Source of the DNA: Heteronotia binoei
Taxonomy: Eukaryota
DNA: 64,000 bases
Assembly: GCF_032191835.1 (NCBI RefSeq)
Contig: NC_083237.1
Span: 12,152,001 to 12,216,000, forward strand
Direction: 5' to 3'
Positions 1-12,222 of the stretch are shown here, piece by piece. Position 1 is the first letter of the stretch; the number at the start of each line of letters is the position of its first letter. The position numbers and the translations under genes are program-made. The notes under the pieces are model-generated. The model saw only the letters and a program-made list of their open reading frames with translations, ran no database searches and was not told the DNA's origin.

Positions 1-10
1 GGTATGTGTC

Positions 11-330
11 TATAATATAGTGGGTTCCACACAGTGATGAGGTGAGGTGGTAGTGATCATAGCTCTTTTATTAGATACAGCATAGTATAGCACTGCACTC
101 AAAGACTGAAGACTGGGCCAATGGGGCCAACTATATGTACACTCAAGGTTCCCATGCTAGCATGCTATTGGACCATTCAAACCAACAGGGGGCTCGTGAC
201 TGGAGTAAGGCAGAAGGGATTTGGATCCTACTTCCTATTGTTCCTGAGCCCCCAAGCTCAGTCCTACAGGCTCCAATGAGCCAGGCAAGAACTCCATATA
301 TTAATCACAATTCTGATCACATATACAAGA
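11..330 (-). mobile_element. Solo LTR, second family (320 bp)
   Basis: TSD gtgtc at 6-10 and 331-335; AATAAA on the minus strand; absent from paralogous modules near 8180 and 50990. Confidence 0.75.
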
Positions 331-491
331 GTGTCAAAATGTTGCCAGATTGGTGTAACTCGGGCATTGGAAATAAGGGCAAATTCAAGGCTTAGAACCT
401 CCCACACACACCCGTTGCTTTAAGCAATATATAACTATTCATTACAAAAGGGGATATACAATAAGGCACACTGGGTAGTGTGCTCCCCACC

Positions 492-1693
492 TAGGCTTGC
501 CAATCCCCAAATCCCAACGGGGGCTCTCCCGCTTTCTCAGGCTCCTTCCCTCCCCCAGTCAGCCCCGCCCCCACAGCCATAATGTGACTTTCCACCTTCG
601 GAGGCTTCAGTCTCTATTGGAAAGCCTTCCTCTTTGGATGGTGTATCTTTGTCTTTAAGGCTGAAGGGGAGAGGGGGGGAGGAGGCAGAACAACATGGCT
701 GTGAAAGGAGCCCAGACCCTTCATTTGTTGCTGTAAAGTACTGGGGTCAGCGCAGTAAGAGACCAGAGTCTGATAGTGATTTCAGCAAGCTTTACTTCAG
801 GAACACACACAACAACAACAACCCTGTTCAAACTTCCCGCTCCTTTATACAATTCTTGCCCCCTTCTGATTGGTCCTTAACTATCTACACGGATTGGCTA
901 TTTACAGGGCCCTAAGGGCCTATCAGGGTACAGTATGAGCCTGGATGTTGATTGGCTACTTATGTTTCAATCCTTCCCCTGATTGGGCATGCTTAGGACT
1001 TCTCTGGAACCCTGGTGTGGAATTCAAGCTCTGGCTTGTTCGGCTTCCCTCCAAAAGTAACAGTTCTCCCATTTGAACCTAGGACACAACAGTTGCGCAA
1101 TCTTTGAAGAGGTTATTTGCATAGTGTGAAGGTAAACTTGAACCTTTGGTTGCCCTGTGTTACTGTGAAAAACTTGGAAGTTCAGCAACTCATGAGTAGA
1201 GGTGCCAATTTCTAGTTGCAGGGAGGGGATCCTTGGTTTGGAGGCTCTCTGGAGCTTCAGGGTCACCAGAACCAGGAGGGAGGGTCGGAAATGTCTGTTG
1301 AGCCATAGGGTATAATGGAGAACTAATCCCAGGGTATCTGGGGCTCTGGAGGGGCGGTTTTTTGAGGTAGAGGTACCAAATGTTCTGCGTAGCATCTGAT
1401 GGGTATCCTCAAAATGCTCTCCAAGTTTCAAAAAGATTGGACTACGGGGTCCAATTCTATGAGCCCCCCAAAAAGGTGCCCCTATCCTTCATTATTTCTA
1501 ATGTAGGGAAGGCATTAAAAAGGTATGTGGTCCCCTTAAATGTGATGGCTAGAACTCCCTTTGGAGTTCAGTTGTGCTTGACACAACTTTGCTTATGGCT
1601 CCATCTCCAGTGTCTCCTGGCTCCACCCGCAAAGTCTCTTGGCTCCACACCCAAAGTCCCCAGATATTTCTTGAATTGGACTTGGCAATCCTA
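492..1693 (-). mobile_element. Non-autonomous hAT-like element (TAGGGTTGCCA-type TIR)
   Basis: taggcttgcca..tggcaatccta ends; imperfect TSD tccccacc/tccacaca; partial copy at about 53310-53978. Confidence 0.65.
732..1091 (-). mobile_element. Solo LTR, third family (360 bp), nested in a hAT element
   Basis: TG..CA ends; TSD gttgc; four CCAAT boxes and a TATAAA on the minus strand; empty site in the paralog near 53740. Confidence 0.8.
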
Positions 1694-1946
1694 TCCACAC
1701 ACCCCAAACTCTTTCCCTTCTAAACCCAACAGTCTAGTTGTCAGTGTCCTGGAATTGCTGTTTTCTTGTTGAACCCGGAATTGCTGTTTTCTTGTTGAAC
1801 CTTAGAAGGAAGCCTCAAGTGGGAAGGTAAGTTTTCAGGGCCTCCTTCCTCAATATTTGAGAGGGGAAATCAGCTCCAGTTCATAGGCGGGAGGTCTGGG
1901 AGCTAACTCCTTCAAAATAAATGATTTCTAAAAAGGGAGGACCCTC

Positions 1947-2710
1947 TAGGGTTGCCAAGTCCAATTAAAGAAAAATCTGGGGACTTTGGGGGTGGAGCCA
2001 GGAGACATTGGGGGTGGAGCCAAGAACAAGGATGTGACAAGCATAATTGAACTCCAAGGGAGTTCTTGCCATCACATTTAAAGAGACAGCAAACCTTTTA
2101 AAATGCCTTTCTTCCATAGGACATAATTAAGGATAGGGGCACCATATTTGGGGGCTCATAGAATTGAACCCTCTGGTCCAATCGTTCTGAAACTTGGGGG
2201 GTATTTTGGGGAGCGGCACTAGATGCTATACTAAAAATTTGGTGCCTCTACCTCAAAAAATAGCCCCCCCAGAGCCCCCAATACCCACGGATCAATTTCC
2301 TATTATTCCCTATGGGAATCGTTCTCCATAGGGAATAATAGAGTGCCTAGTAGACATTCCCCCCCCCGCTTTCTAAAGGGGGGGAGGGCCTCCAAACTAG
2401 GGAATCCCCTGCCCCCTCCCTCTCTCACACACACACACACTTACCAGATCTTCCTCCGGACAACTCTACTTCCTGTGAAAACCAAAGCAAAGAAAGGGAG
2501 GGGCCCTTCTCAGAAGCCCTTTCTGCTTCCTGCCCAGCCTTAAAGGGGCAGACATTTTGCAAATGGCTCAGGAGCTCTACAACATGAAGCCTAAAGGTAT
2601 GTTCTCCCCCCCCCTCCACCCCCCATCACCGCTTCCAGAGTTTTGAAGAGCGGGAGATGAGGCTGCGAACCCAGAAGTCTCCCGCCAGAGCGGGAGGTTT
2701 GGGAAGCCTA
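1947..2710 (+). mobile_element. Non-autonomous hAT-like element (764 bp)
   Basis: tagggttgcc..gggaagccta ends; perfect 8-bp TSD ggaccctc; absent in the paralog near 53095. Confidence 0.85.
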
Positions 2711-2894
2711 GGACCCTCACCGATCAAAACTTCTTCTGCTGAGGCCTTTCAGCAATCCAGTCCTTTGAGAGACAAAATAGCTAGGCCTCATGCTACACAC
2801 TCTACTTCCTCTTTGTTTTTCTTCCAGTCCTCCTACACACACTCCTCCTAATATACAAATTGAGTAGTTTAATTGCTCAGCCCAACAGCATATA

Positions 2895-3110
2895 TCCCCA
2901 CAGCTCTACACTGATGTTCCGCCAACTAAGCCAGATTGGGCAACCAGCCTCCTTCCTGTCTTGCCCTGACCTACCTCCAGAAATCCATAGTCACCTCCAG
3001 GTTAGAGTACTGTAATTTGCTCTATGTAGGGCTACCCAAGACTGACCTGGAAATTACAACTGGTCCAAAAGGTAGTGGCTGGGTCCTTATAGGGACCTAG
3101 GGTTGCCAGC
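2895..3110 (+). mobile_element. L2 RT C-terminal fragment, part of the duplicated cassette
   Basis: SRLEYCNLLYVGLP/LQLVQ-like motif; copies at about 37080-37380, 45150-45390 and 52700-52930 (minus). Confidence 0.7.
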
Positions 3111-4877
3111 CTTCAATTGCAATTGCCACTGGAACTGGAAATAGTAGCGTGCTTGTAACTTCTTGTGGCAAACTTGCAGAAGAAGTAACTTCAAGTTTGG
3201 CTGTGTGTGTTTGTAGGGGGGGGGCGGGCTGTGGAAATAAACCATTTTTATCAGAAACACAAATCTACCTTAAACCAAAACACCATTATCAAAAAATAGT
3301 TCAAAGCACCCCCAAAAAAACAGCTTAGCCCCAACTGTTCCTGCCCCAGCTGGATGGTTTTCCATGTTAAATTACTCAAATCACTGGCTGTGTAACTTAG
3401 CCAAAGCTGAAGAGATTATAAAAGGATGTAGCTAACCATTCAGAAGGGGGGTTTTTTCTCCGCAGCAAACAAAAATATATAATTCCTCCAAACACTGTAT
3501 TTAACAACACTCGCTAGAATTAGTGGAAAGGGTTTGTCATAAACAGCATAATTGTCACCGGTGGACATATCTGGAAGACTTTGGGGAAATAACCAAAGTG
3601 GAAGCTTGTGACTCACAGATGATAAAACTATATAAAGGCATACGAGAAAGTAGAACATCTTCTTGCTGGTGGAGGACATTCATCCAAAACTTTATTTGAA
3701 GCAGCAGATGAACTGAATTGAAGATGACATCTCATCTAGATTCATCGTTCTGCCGGGGTTGTCTGTGCACAACAGCCTGCCATGTACAAATTCTCCTTCT
3801 TAACAGACAATAGGATGGAAGTATTTTCATTGCATGACGACTGAAGCAGTTTTAGAAGGAGCTCTACAGAAGGTAAACGAGAGAAAGCAGTAGAAGAATC
3901 AAGAAAGAAGAGATGGGAAAGACTTTGGTCAAGTTGGTTGTGGTTTACTTGCCATGATATGTAAGTGTTTTTTGAACTGGACTTGGCAACCCTATTCCCA
4001 CCCCCTAAAGATATGTAAGTCATTGTTTTGACTGCAACCCACAATCATCAGCACTCTTCGGGAAGGAAATCTTGGCTCCACCATCATCACCCGTGCTCAG
4101 GATGCTGAGGCTGATGCATTTGCAGAAGCTTGACTTACATCACTGAGCCAGATATTCCATCTCTATAACCTTTATAAATGTATAAGTGAAACAAACTGAT
4201 AGGTAGCCAGCAAGTAACAAGGAAGCTGTGGTAGTTTGAGGTTATCTTTGTACCTAAATTAAGGAGAAGATCATTCCTTTAGTTGGGAAGGATCTAGTGG
4301 TGTGTCTGACTCTATATTCCAAGATCAATTCCAGATTATGGGAGAACTGTGATCTCTAATGGGAAAGTGCCATCAAGCTGATTTAAGGCAACCTCAAAGA
4401 ATATCCAAGCCAAGAGACAAACATAGTTGTCATCCCATTGCCTGCCACTGTATAAAAACCCTGGACTTTCTTGGAAGTCTCCCCTCTAAGTACCAACTGC
4501 AGCTGACTCTACATAGCTTCAAAGATCTGACGAGAGAGGCTATCCTGGGTCCTCCAGGTCAGAGAGGACAGTCAGAATAAGGAATCAGTTTATCGTTTGA
4601 TTTATCAGCATATTTAGCACTGATTCACTTACTTTAAACTCAGTGTGTCTCCAACATTCTCAAACATAATGAATTCTAGCTCTTTGAAAATACACTATTG
4701 AGTTCTGGGGGTCTTCAGCCTAGAAGGTAATCCCTTTCACCTAAGAGCATTCAGGTATCCTTGTGTGGATAGCCTGTTGTTATGTGAAAGGAACTGTAAT
4801 CCTCCACTTGCTTTGGAAAAGGAACAAGAAAGCCTTCCTGATCCTGCTGCAAGGACCCTGATATAAATGTTCTGCTA

Positions 4878-5804
4878 ATGGAGTGTCCAAATCAAACACA
4901 GCCAACTATGTTCATAGTCTCTGGCTTCTCATTCCCCAAAGAACTGAAAGCGCCATTGTTACTCTTCTTCTTGCTCATGTACATTCTGACTCTCTGGGGA
5001 AATTCTCTGATCGTCTGGGTGGTGGCAACTGACGTCCGGTTGCACAAGCCCATGTACTGGTTCCTCTGCTATTTGTCCATCCTGGATATGGCTTTCTCCT
5101 CCATTGTGGTCCCCAGACTGATTGCAGGGTTCTTCCCTGGTGGGAAAATCATCTCTTTTGGAGAATGTGTATGTCAGGTATTCTTTTTCCATTTCCTCGG
5201 GTGTGCTGAATGTCTCCTTTACACCGTTATGGCTTATGACCGCTTCATTGCTATCTGCAAGCCCCTCCACTACAGCCACATCATGCATTGGAGAGTCTTC
5301 CTCAACTTCTGTTTGGGTACCATGATCGGAGGCTGCCTGAACTCAGTGTTAGAGACGACCCTCACCTTTAAATTGCCCTTTGGATGGAACAACAAGATTG
5401 ACTATGTCTTTTGTGATATCCCTGCCCTGCTAAAGCTGGCTTGTGCAGACACAACACTCTATGAGATGGTGACCGCGGTGGTCATCGGCTTTGTGACCTT
5501 GACCTGCTTCATCCTTATCCTGACCTCCTATGTGTATATTGTCTCTGCCATTTTGAGGATCAGCAGCAGTGAAGGGCGTCGCCAGGCCTTCTCCACATGC
5601 TCAGCTCACATCACCGTGGTATTTATCTATTATGTCCCGCTCGTTTTCCATTACCTGAGGCCCACATCTCAGGACTCTGTGGATGGTGTGGTGAGCGTGT
5701 TCTACACCACAGTAACCCCATTTCTGAATCCTGTCATCTACACATTCAGGAATAAAGAGATGAAGGCCGCTCTGTCGAAACTGTGGGTTGGGAACCCCAA
5801 TTAA
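4878..5804 (+). CDS. Olfactory receptor, class II, OR10G/10S-like, intact (308 aa)
   Basis: Single-exon ORF with GN, LHKPMYWFL, MAYDRFIAICKPLHY, FCD..KLAC, RQAFSTCSAH and PFLNPVIYTFRNKE motifs; N-glycosylation sequon NQT. Confidence 0.95.
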   Translation: MECPNQTQPTMFIVSGFSFPKELKAPLLLFFLLMYILTLWGNSLIVWVVATDVRLHKPMYWFLCYLSILDMAFSSIVVPRLIAGFFPGGKIISFGECVCQVFFFHFLGCAECLLYTVMAYDRFIAICKPLHYSHIMHWRVFLNFCLGTMIGGCLNSVLETTLTFKLPFGWNNKIDYVFCDIPALLKLACADTTLYEMVTAVVIGFVTLTCFILILTSYVYIVSAILRISSSEGRRQAFSTCSAHITVVFIYYVPLVFHYLRPTSQDSVDGVVSVFYTTVTPFLNPVIYTFRNKEMKAALSKLWVGNPN

Positions 5805-6134
5805 ACAGCAGCATGCTTGTATCGCTACATTCGGCCCTAAGCTCTCATCACCAATCAACTCAGCTTGATTTCACCAAATGTTGATTGGGCTGATTATCAG
5901 AGTGGAGCTGGGGAGGGGGTCACCGTGGCTTTAGATAGCCATCTGGTTCACTTCAAAATGGAGCATGTGAATTAAAGAGAAATGCATGGCATATATAAAA
6001 TAAACAAGATAGACATTAAAGTTGTTTTTTTTAAATACCTCTTGGCATCCACAATACCACAGTTCAGCCCAAATGTTCCCGACCCATGGTCATTTTACCT
6101 TGTTGAACTGACTCTGTGGAGCCTGAAGTACATA

Positions 6135-6688
6135 GACTGGTGTCACACTGTGAAACTGACACGAATTTATCCTATTCTGGAAAAAAAAATCTACTTAAGT
6201 TTGACCTGTTTCTGGGCTATCAGACAGTTGCTGTTGAAGTGGCAAGATCCTGGCATCAGTCAGCGGTTGCCCATTTACACTACAAGCCCGGCTCAATCAC
6301 AGACCCGCTGCTGAAAGGGTTGTCTTTTCCAAAAAGCCTCCTGTGTGCGCGCTCAATCAGAGAAGCGCACAAGCGCACCTTAGAGAGGGCTTGAGGCGAG
6401 GGGGGGAACCTGACCTTGCCAGAAAGGGCTTGGTGCGATCACGCAGCTTTTCCGCTTATAATTCACCCCAAGGCCTTCAGACAGCAGCCGATTATGCGAC
6501 CTACATCCGATTCAGGGAGATGCTACCGGGAAAATCCAGGTAGCATTTTTAAGAGGATAGCAGGCGTCTGGAGTCGGGGTGAGAAATGGGTGCAGCTCGG
6601 AGAGCAGATGTGCTTGTGCGATCGTGTACTTTTAATCCAAATGGGAGGCAGGGCTAGGTCAGGGCAAATCTCTTGTGTGAAACCGCCC
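6135..6688. mobile_element. PIF/Harbinger-like non-autonomous element
   Basis: TIR-like g..ggtttcacac ends flanked by TA; copy at about 61598-62121 at the homologous site; empty site near 60958. Confidence 0.55.
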
Positions 6689-7331
6689 ATACACTCTCTT
6701 CTGTCTCCTGTGCAGCCAGCATGGTGGAGTGGAGCAGTTTTTAATCAGACTAAAACCACTCAGAGTAAAATTTGGAAAGTTTAGGATGAGGCTTCAGATG
6801 CCTACTCAGCCATGAAGTTTACTGTAGAGAGAAATGCATGGCATAAATAAAATAAACAAAATAGAGAAGGAAGTGGTTGTTGTTTTTTCTTAAATTATAA
6901 CTTAAGGCAAAAAGAATTCCAGAGTTTAATCCAAATGTTGCCAGCCCATGGTTATTTTATTTTGTTGAACTGGCTCTGTGGAACCTGTGTAGACTTTTTC
7001 ATCTCCTATTCAGTCAGTGTGGTGGAGTGGAGGGGTTTCTCGTCAGACTACAACCACACTTTTCTGGTGGAATGGTTCTTTGTCAGACTAAAACTTGGAG
7101 TGTCAGTTTAGGATGACGGTTCTGATGCCAACTCTGCCATAAAGTTCATTGTATGACCTCAGGACACTTGCTAAATCTCAGCGTAGCCCACCTCATAGTG
7201 GAGATAAAACAGGGGAATACAATCATATGTAACCTTGAGTTCCATTGAAAAGTTGCTGGCAAATTATGCTAGTTGACTGTCAAAATGAGATGGTTTAACT
7301 TGTAATTTATGAGTCTTCTATGACTGGAAGG

Positions 7332-7455
7332 TAGGGTTGCCAACTCTAACCCTAAAATAAATAGATAAAAAATACAGCAGTACCATTCCCCTGAATACAG
7401 TCTTCATTTCCTCATCCTCCAGGATCTGGCTGTGCTTTCTCTCCCTCCCTCCCTC

Positions 7456-7497
<42 letters not shown>

Positions 7498-8112
7498 AAA
7501 GCAGCCAAAATAAACAAAGGTTGGACGCACACATTTTGTGGCCTCACTGGGGCAATTTACTCACCATGGGAGTTGTTGAATGCTGTATACTCAACCAAGT
7601 TCTTCAGACTAACACAGGGAAACCAGAGGCTCTACTTTACTCTTTACCAGGAGACATTTTGGAGGGGGAAAAGTGCAGGGATTTCTGTGCAGTGGGCAGA
7701 GAACTTCCCACTGCATGCAGATCCTGGTTGGAGGTTCAGGAGCAGTGCTCCTGTGAGCTTCTGCTGAATTGAAGCCCTGCTCTTTACTCTCTATTTTACT
7801 GTGCAAACCACTTCTGAAGGGACTGTAAAACAAACGGAGGGGCTGAGATCCTTCCCTTTCCTTTCTTACAACAGCCACATTGTTCTGCAGGATCACCCCA
7901 CCCCCATTCAGCCTGGCTCCAGAGACTTAAAGGCACACACACCTTTCAAAAAGCAAGCCACTCCCCAAGAGTCTTCAAAGCCTTCCAAGGTTGAAAGGCA
8001 TATGGTGGCTGTTGAGGCAGGGCTTCCCCACACCAGCCAGCTGGCTGGGGGCAGGAAGGAGCCTGCAAAACCGGGGGAATCCCCCACTGGGACTTGGGGA
8101 TTGGCAAGCCTA
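7332..8112 (+). mobile_element. Non-autonomous hAT-like element
   Basis: TAGGGTTGCC-type ends; TSD ctggaagg/gtggaagg; duplicate at about 51060-52064. Confidence 0.7.
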
Positions 8113-9668
8113 GTGGAAGGGCACCTCTGGTTCCAATCCCATGGCTGAATACATACAAGATATAACTTGTTATTTGTCAGTGTGTCAGAATGTTCCCAGA
8201 CTTGTGTAACCCAGGCATTGGAAATAAGGGCAAATTCAAGGCTTAGGGCCTCCTTTCTTAAAGCCCCCCTCCCACTCACACACCTTGGCTGAATACAATA
8301 TGGCACACTGGGCAGTGTGCTCCCCACCCCCAAACTCTTTTCCTTCTGAACCCAACAGTCTAGTAGTCAGTGTCCCAGAAGTGTTGTTTTCTTGTTGAAG
8401 CTGATTCAGATGCATCCCCTCAGAACCAGGCTTTGAATGGGAAGGAAAGTTTTCAGGGTCTTTCTCCTCACCATTCACGAGGAGAAATCAGTTCCAGTTC
8501 ATAGGCAGGCAATCTGTGGGCTAATTCCTCCAAAAGAACTAATTTCCGAAAAGGAAGGGCTCACTCCAGACAAAATTTCTTCAGCGGAGGCCTTTCAGCA
8601 ATTCAGTCATTGTGGGACCCAGGGGGCCGGCGCGGCGGCCCGCCAAAGCAGCCTGTCACTAATAACACAGGTCAAGATGCAGGACAGGAACCCGGAAGTG
8701 ACTGACAGGCTGCTTCAGCGGGCCGCTGCACCGGCCCCCTGGGTCCCACAATGATGGGACCGATGCCACAGGGACGGGCTCGAAACACTCTATAACCCCT
8801 CAAAAGAACAGCAGTCTAGCTCACTTCCCCCGAGCCCTGCCGCCATAAGCCTCAAGGGGGCTCATTTTGCGGCATCTCCCGGCAGGAGGGTGGCACCCGC
8901 ACGGGACACATATCAAATGAAAGAGGGGTCACAGGGCTATCAGAAACACCTGGCGGAGGGAGTCGGGAGCCCACCCCACTGGGGGATCCACACCCCGAAA
9001 GTGATGAAGGTGGCGCAAAAACACAGTGGCCCAAAAACTAGGGGCTATCAGGAGGTCCAGTAGTGGGGCCAGTTTTATTTAACTTTATTTCCCCCTTTCC
9101 CTCTCTATAAATAATCTTGGTGTTTCCGGCGGTGATATTTGGGGGATTTTTGGGGACGTCAAAGGAAGTGCTGTGAAGTCACTTCCTGTTTCCGGCAGTG
9201 GCATTTGGGGGAAATGATGTCATTTGGGGGAAATGATGTCACAGGAAGTGATGTCACTTCCTGCTTCCGGCAGGTGGCCCGGGGAAAATGATGTCACAGA
9301 AAGTGATGTCACTTCCTGTTTCCGGCGGTGGCATGCCGTCACCGAAAGTAACGTCACTTCCTGTTTCCGGCGGCGCACGCCCGCTGCGCACACGCGCACA
9401 CACATCATTCCCCCCCTCAAGGTGTCCCTGGCTGGCCTGCAGATATTATGGCCACCCTAGCATCTGGTTAACTTCAAAATGGAAGGCCAGAATTTTAGAG
9501 AAATGAATGTCATAAATAAAGTAAACAAAATAGAGATTTAAATGCTTTTTTTAAAAAAAAAAATAATAAGTCAAGACATTCACAATACCTGTGTGTAGAT
9601 CAAATGTTGTCAACCCATGGTTATTTTGTCTTGTCGATCTGGGTCTGTGGAGCCTGAGATACATAGAG

Positions 9669-10410
9669 GGTATGGAGGGTCTACTCATTAAATTTGCAGT
9701 TGACACCAAATTGGGAGGAGCAGCAAATACACTGGAAGATAGAGTTAGAATTCAACCAGATCTGAACATGCTAGAAAAGTGGGTGGAAGTGAATATGATG
9801 CAATTCAACAAGGATAAGTGCCGAGTTCTACATCTCAGTAACAAAAAATGAGAAACACACATGCTGGATGGGGGATACATTTCTAGGTAGCAGTGTGTGT
9901 GAACGAGATCTTGGGGTATGAGTGGACCATAAGTTAACTATGAGCAGCCAGCGTGGTGCAACTACAAAAAAGGCAAATGCCATTTTGGGATGTCTTGACA
10001 GAGGCATAACTTCCAGATCGCAAGACGTCATGGTTCCACTGTAGACTGCATTGGTTAGGCCACACGTGGATTGTTGTGTGCAGTTCTGGAGGCCTCACTT
10101 CAACAAAGATGTGGGCAGAATGGAGTGGGTGCAGAGGAGAGTGACAAGGATGATCACGGGCCTGGAGTCCTAGCTCTATGAGGAAAGGCTGAGAGACTTG
10201 GGGGTGTTCAGTCTGGAGAAGAGGAGGCTGAGGGGGGACTTGATGGCTCTCTTGAAGTATCTGAAGGGCTGTCACTTTGAGGAGGGCAGGGAGCTGTTCC
10301 TTTTGGCAGCAAAGGATAATAATAATGGATTTAAATTAAGGATGGGAAGATATCGACTGGGTATAAGGGAAAGGTTTTTTGCAAAAAAGTTGTTCGACAG
10401 TGAAATCAGC
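9669..10410 (+). mobile_element. CR1 LINE fragment (RT C-terminal part)
   Basis: KFAVDTKLGG and FSLEKRRLRGD motifs; 3' end replaced by OR sequence. Confidence 0.88.
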
Positions 10411-11089
10411 AGGGTTCATTCCTGGTGGGAAAATCATCTCTTTTAGAGAATGTATGTGCCAGGTATTTTTTTTACAGTTCTTGGGATGCACCGAAAGTCT
10501 CCTTGACATTGTGATGGCTTACGACCGCTTCATTACCATCTGCAAGCCCCTCCATTACAGCCACATCATGCATTGGAGGGTCTGCCTCACCCTCTGTTTG
10601 GGCATAATGGTTGCAGGTTGCCTGAACTCAAGCTTGCAGACGACGGTCACCTTACGACTGCCCTACGGATGGAGCAACCGTATTGACTATGTCTTCTGTG
10701 ACAATCCTGCCCTGCTGAAGCTGGCTTGCGCGGACAAAACTCTCAACGAGATGGTGATCTTGGTGGACGTTGGCCTGGTGGCCATGGCCTGTTTCTTCCT
10801 CATCCTGACATCCTACGTGTACATTGTCTCCGCCATTTTGAGGATCAACAGCAGCGAAGGGCGTCGCCGGGCCTTCTCCACTTGCACAGCCCACATCACT
10901 TTGGTGATTGTATTTTATGTGCCAGTCGTTTTCCATTACATAAGGCCGGGGTCACAGGACTACATGGATAGTGTGGTGAGCATGTTCTACACCACCATCA
11001 CCCCATTTCTGAACCCTGCCATATACACCCTCAGGAATAAAGAAATGAAGGCCATTCTCTTACAACTGTGGAGTGGGAATCCTAAGTAA
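10409..11089 (+). pseudogene. 5'-truncated OR pseudogene fused to a CR1 fragment; near copy of the OR at 25030-25956
   Basis: OR homology begins at AGFIPGGK; upstream sequence is CR1; TM1-TM2 missing. Confidence 0.9.
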
Positions 11090-11221
11090 AGGCAAGTTCA
11101 TCCATCCATGCTGCCTGTCACCCTAGCCAGGGGCACCAATCAACTGAAATATATTTTCCTATGTGGTGAGCTTACCGTGTGAAGGGTTGATGCAGTGGTT
11201 GCAGTCCTAGTATTGGCTATA

Positions 11222-11497
11222 AGATGAAGACGAAGATTGTAGATTTATACTCTGCCCTTATCTCTGAATCAGAGGCTCAGAGCGGCTTACAATCTCCTTT
11301 ATTTTCTTCCCTCACAACAGACACCCTGTGAGGTAGGTGGGGCTGAGAGAGCTCTCCCAGAAGCTGCCCTTTCAAGGACAGCTCTGCAAGAGCTATGGCT
11401 GAGCTAAGGCCATTCCAGCAACTGCAAGTGGAGGAGATGGAGGTTCAAACCCGGTTCTCCCATATAAGAGTCCTTACACTTAACCACTACACCAAAC
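11222..11497 (-). mobile_element. tRNA-derived SINE (Squam3-like, L2-type tail)
   Basis: A box tggtgtagtgg, B box ggtttgaacc; duplicate at 24625-24900. Confidence 0.8.
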
Positions 11498-12023
11498 ATT
11501 TACATCCTGTTCAATTCACAGTGTCAAGCATGACCTGTAATCAGCTTTCACACAGGCTTCTCTGCTCCATCTAGAAAACGCCTGTGTTAAGGTTTTGAGA
11601 CAGCTGCTAGAATGTGGGATGATAGTAAAAACTGGGGGGGAAATAATAGAATTGCATAAGATATAAATAATGCAGGACAAGCAATTGGTCTAATGTAGTT
11701 ATTTGAACATTTATTTGATAGCTAACTATTATATTGTGTGTAATTTGCTTTTTTTTTTTTTACAAGATGTACCTAATTAACTTTCCCCGATATTTTTATG
11801 TGTGTTACTGTCTTTCTATTTTCCTGGAATAATATAATTCTTTTCTAAATAAAGTATTCTTTTCTAAATAAAGTAATGCAGGGGTATTCGCTTGCAGTAA
11901 AAGAAGCTACATTTCTTCAGTGCAAGCAGCTGTGTGACTAGTTTTATCATATTATATGGTATTGTATGATAGACAAAACATAGTTTCATATGAAGGCAGG
12001 ATTATGCAAGAGAAGTCAGAGGA

Positions 12024-12222
12024 GCAGTGTTCCCTCTAAACTGAGTCAGTTTAGGTTTTTACCCTCCCAGGTTTTTACCCTCCAGCTCACACATTTTTGT
12101 CTTAGGTCAGGAAAAATAGCCCCAGAGCAAACTAATCTATGCAGTAGTTCACAACTTTAATGTCAGTAGCTCACAAAGTAGAATTTTTGCTCACAAGACT
12201 CCACAGCTTAGAGGAATTATTG
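12024..12222. mobile_element. hAT-like MITE (duplicate at about 23920-24123)
   Basis: cagtgttccctctaa..ttagagg ends. Confidence 0.55.

Larger units (their letters stand above)
1..8608. repeat. Inverted segmental duplication, partner about 50500-54468 (partner lacks about 3167-6760)
   Basis: Shared solo LTR, hAT elements and L2; mirrored ORFs (135-395 versus 54074-54334; 7609-7896 versus 51275-51667). Confidence 0.88.

Noticed and set aside
135-395. Conserved 86-aa ORF duplicated at 54074-54334
   Set aside because: Lies in a duplicated solo LTR and its flank; the conservation reflects recent duplication
4858-4870. Conserved TATAAA just upstream of OR start codons
   Set aside because: Only about 10-16 nt before the ATG, so a TATA-directed start would fall inside the CDS; ORs usually have upstream non-coding exons
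4959-5288. Antisense and alternative-frame ORFs over OR genes (also 10652, 25183, 29647, 39737, 42787, 62681)
   Set aside because: Shadows of OR codon usage, repeated only because the ORs are paralogs
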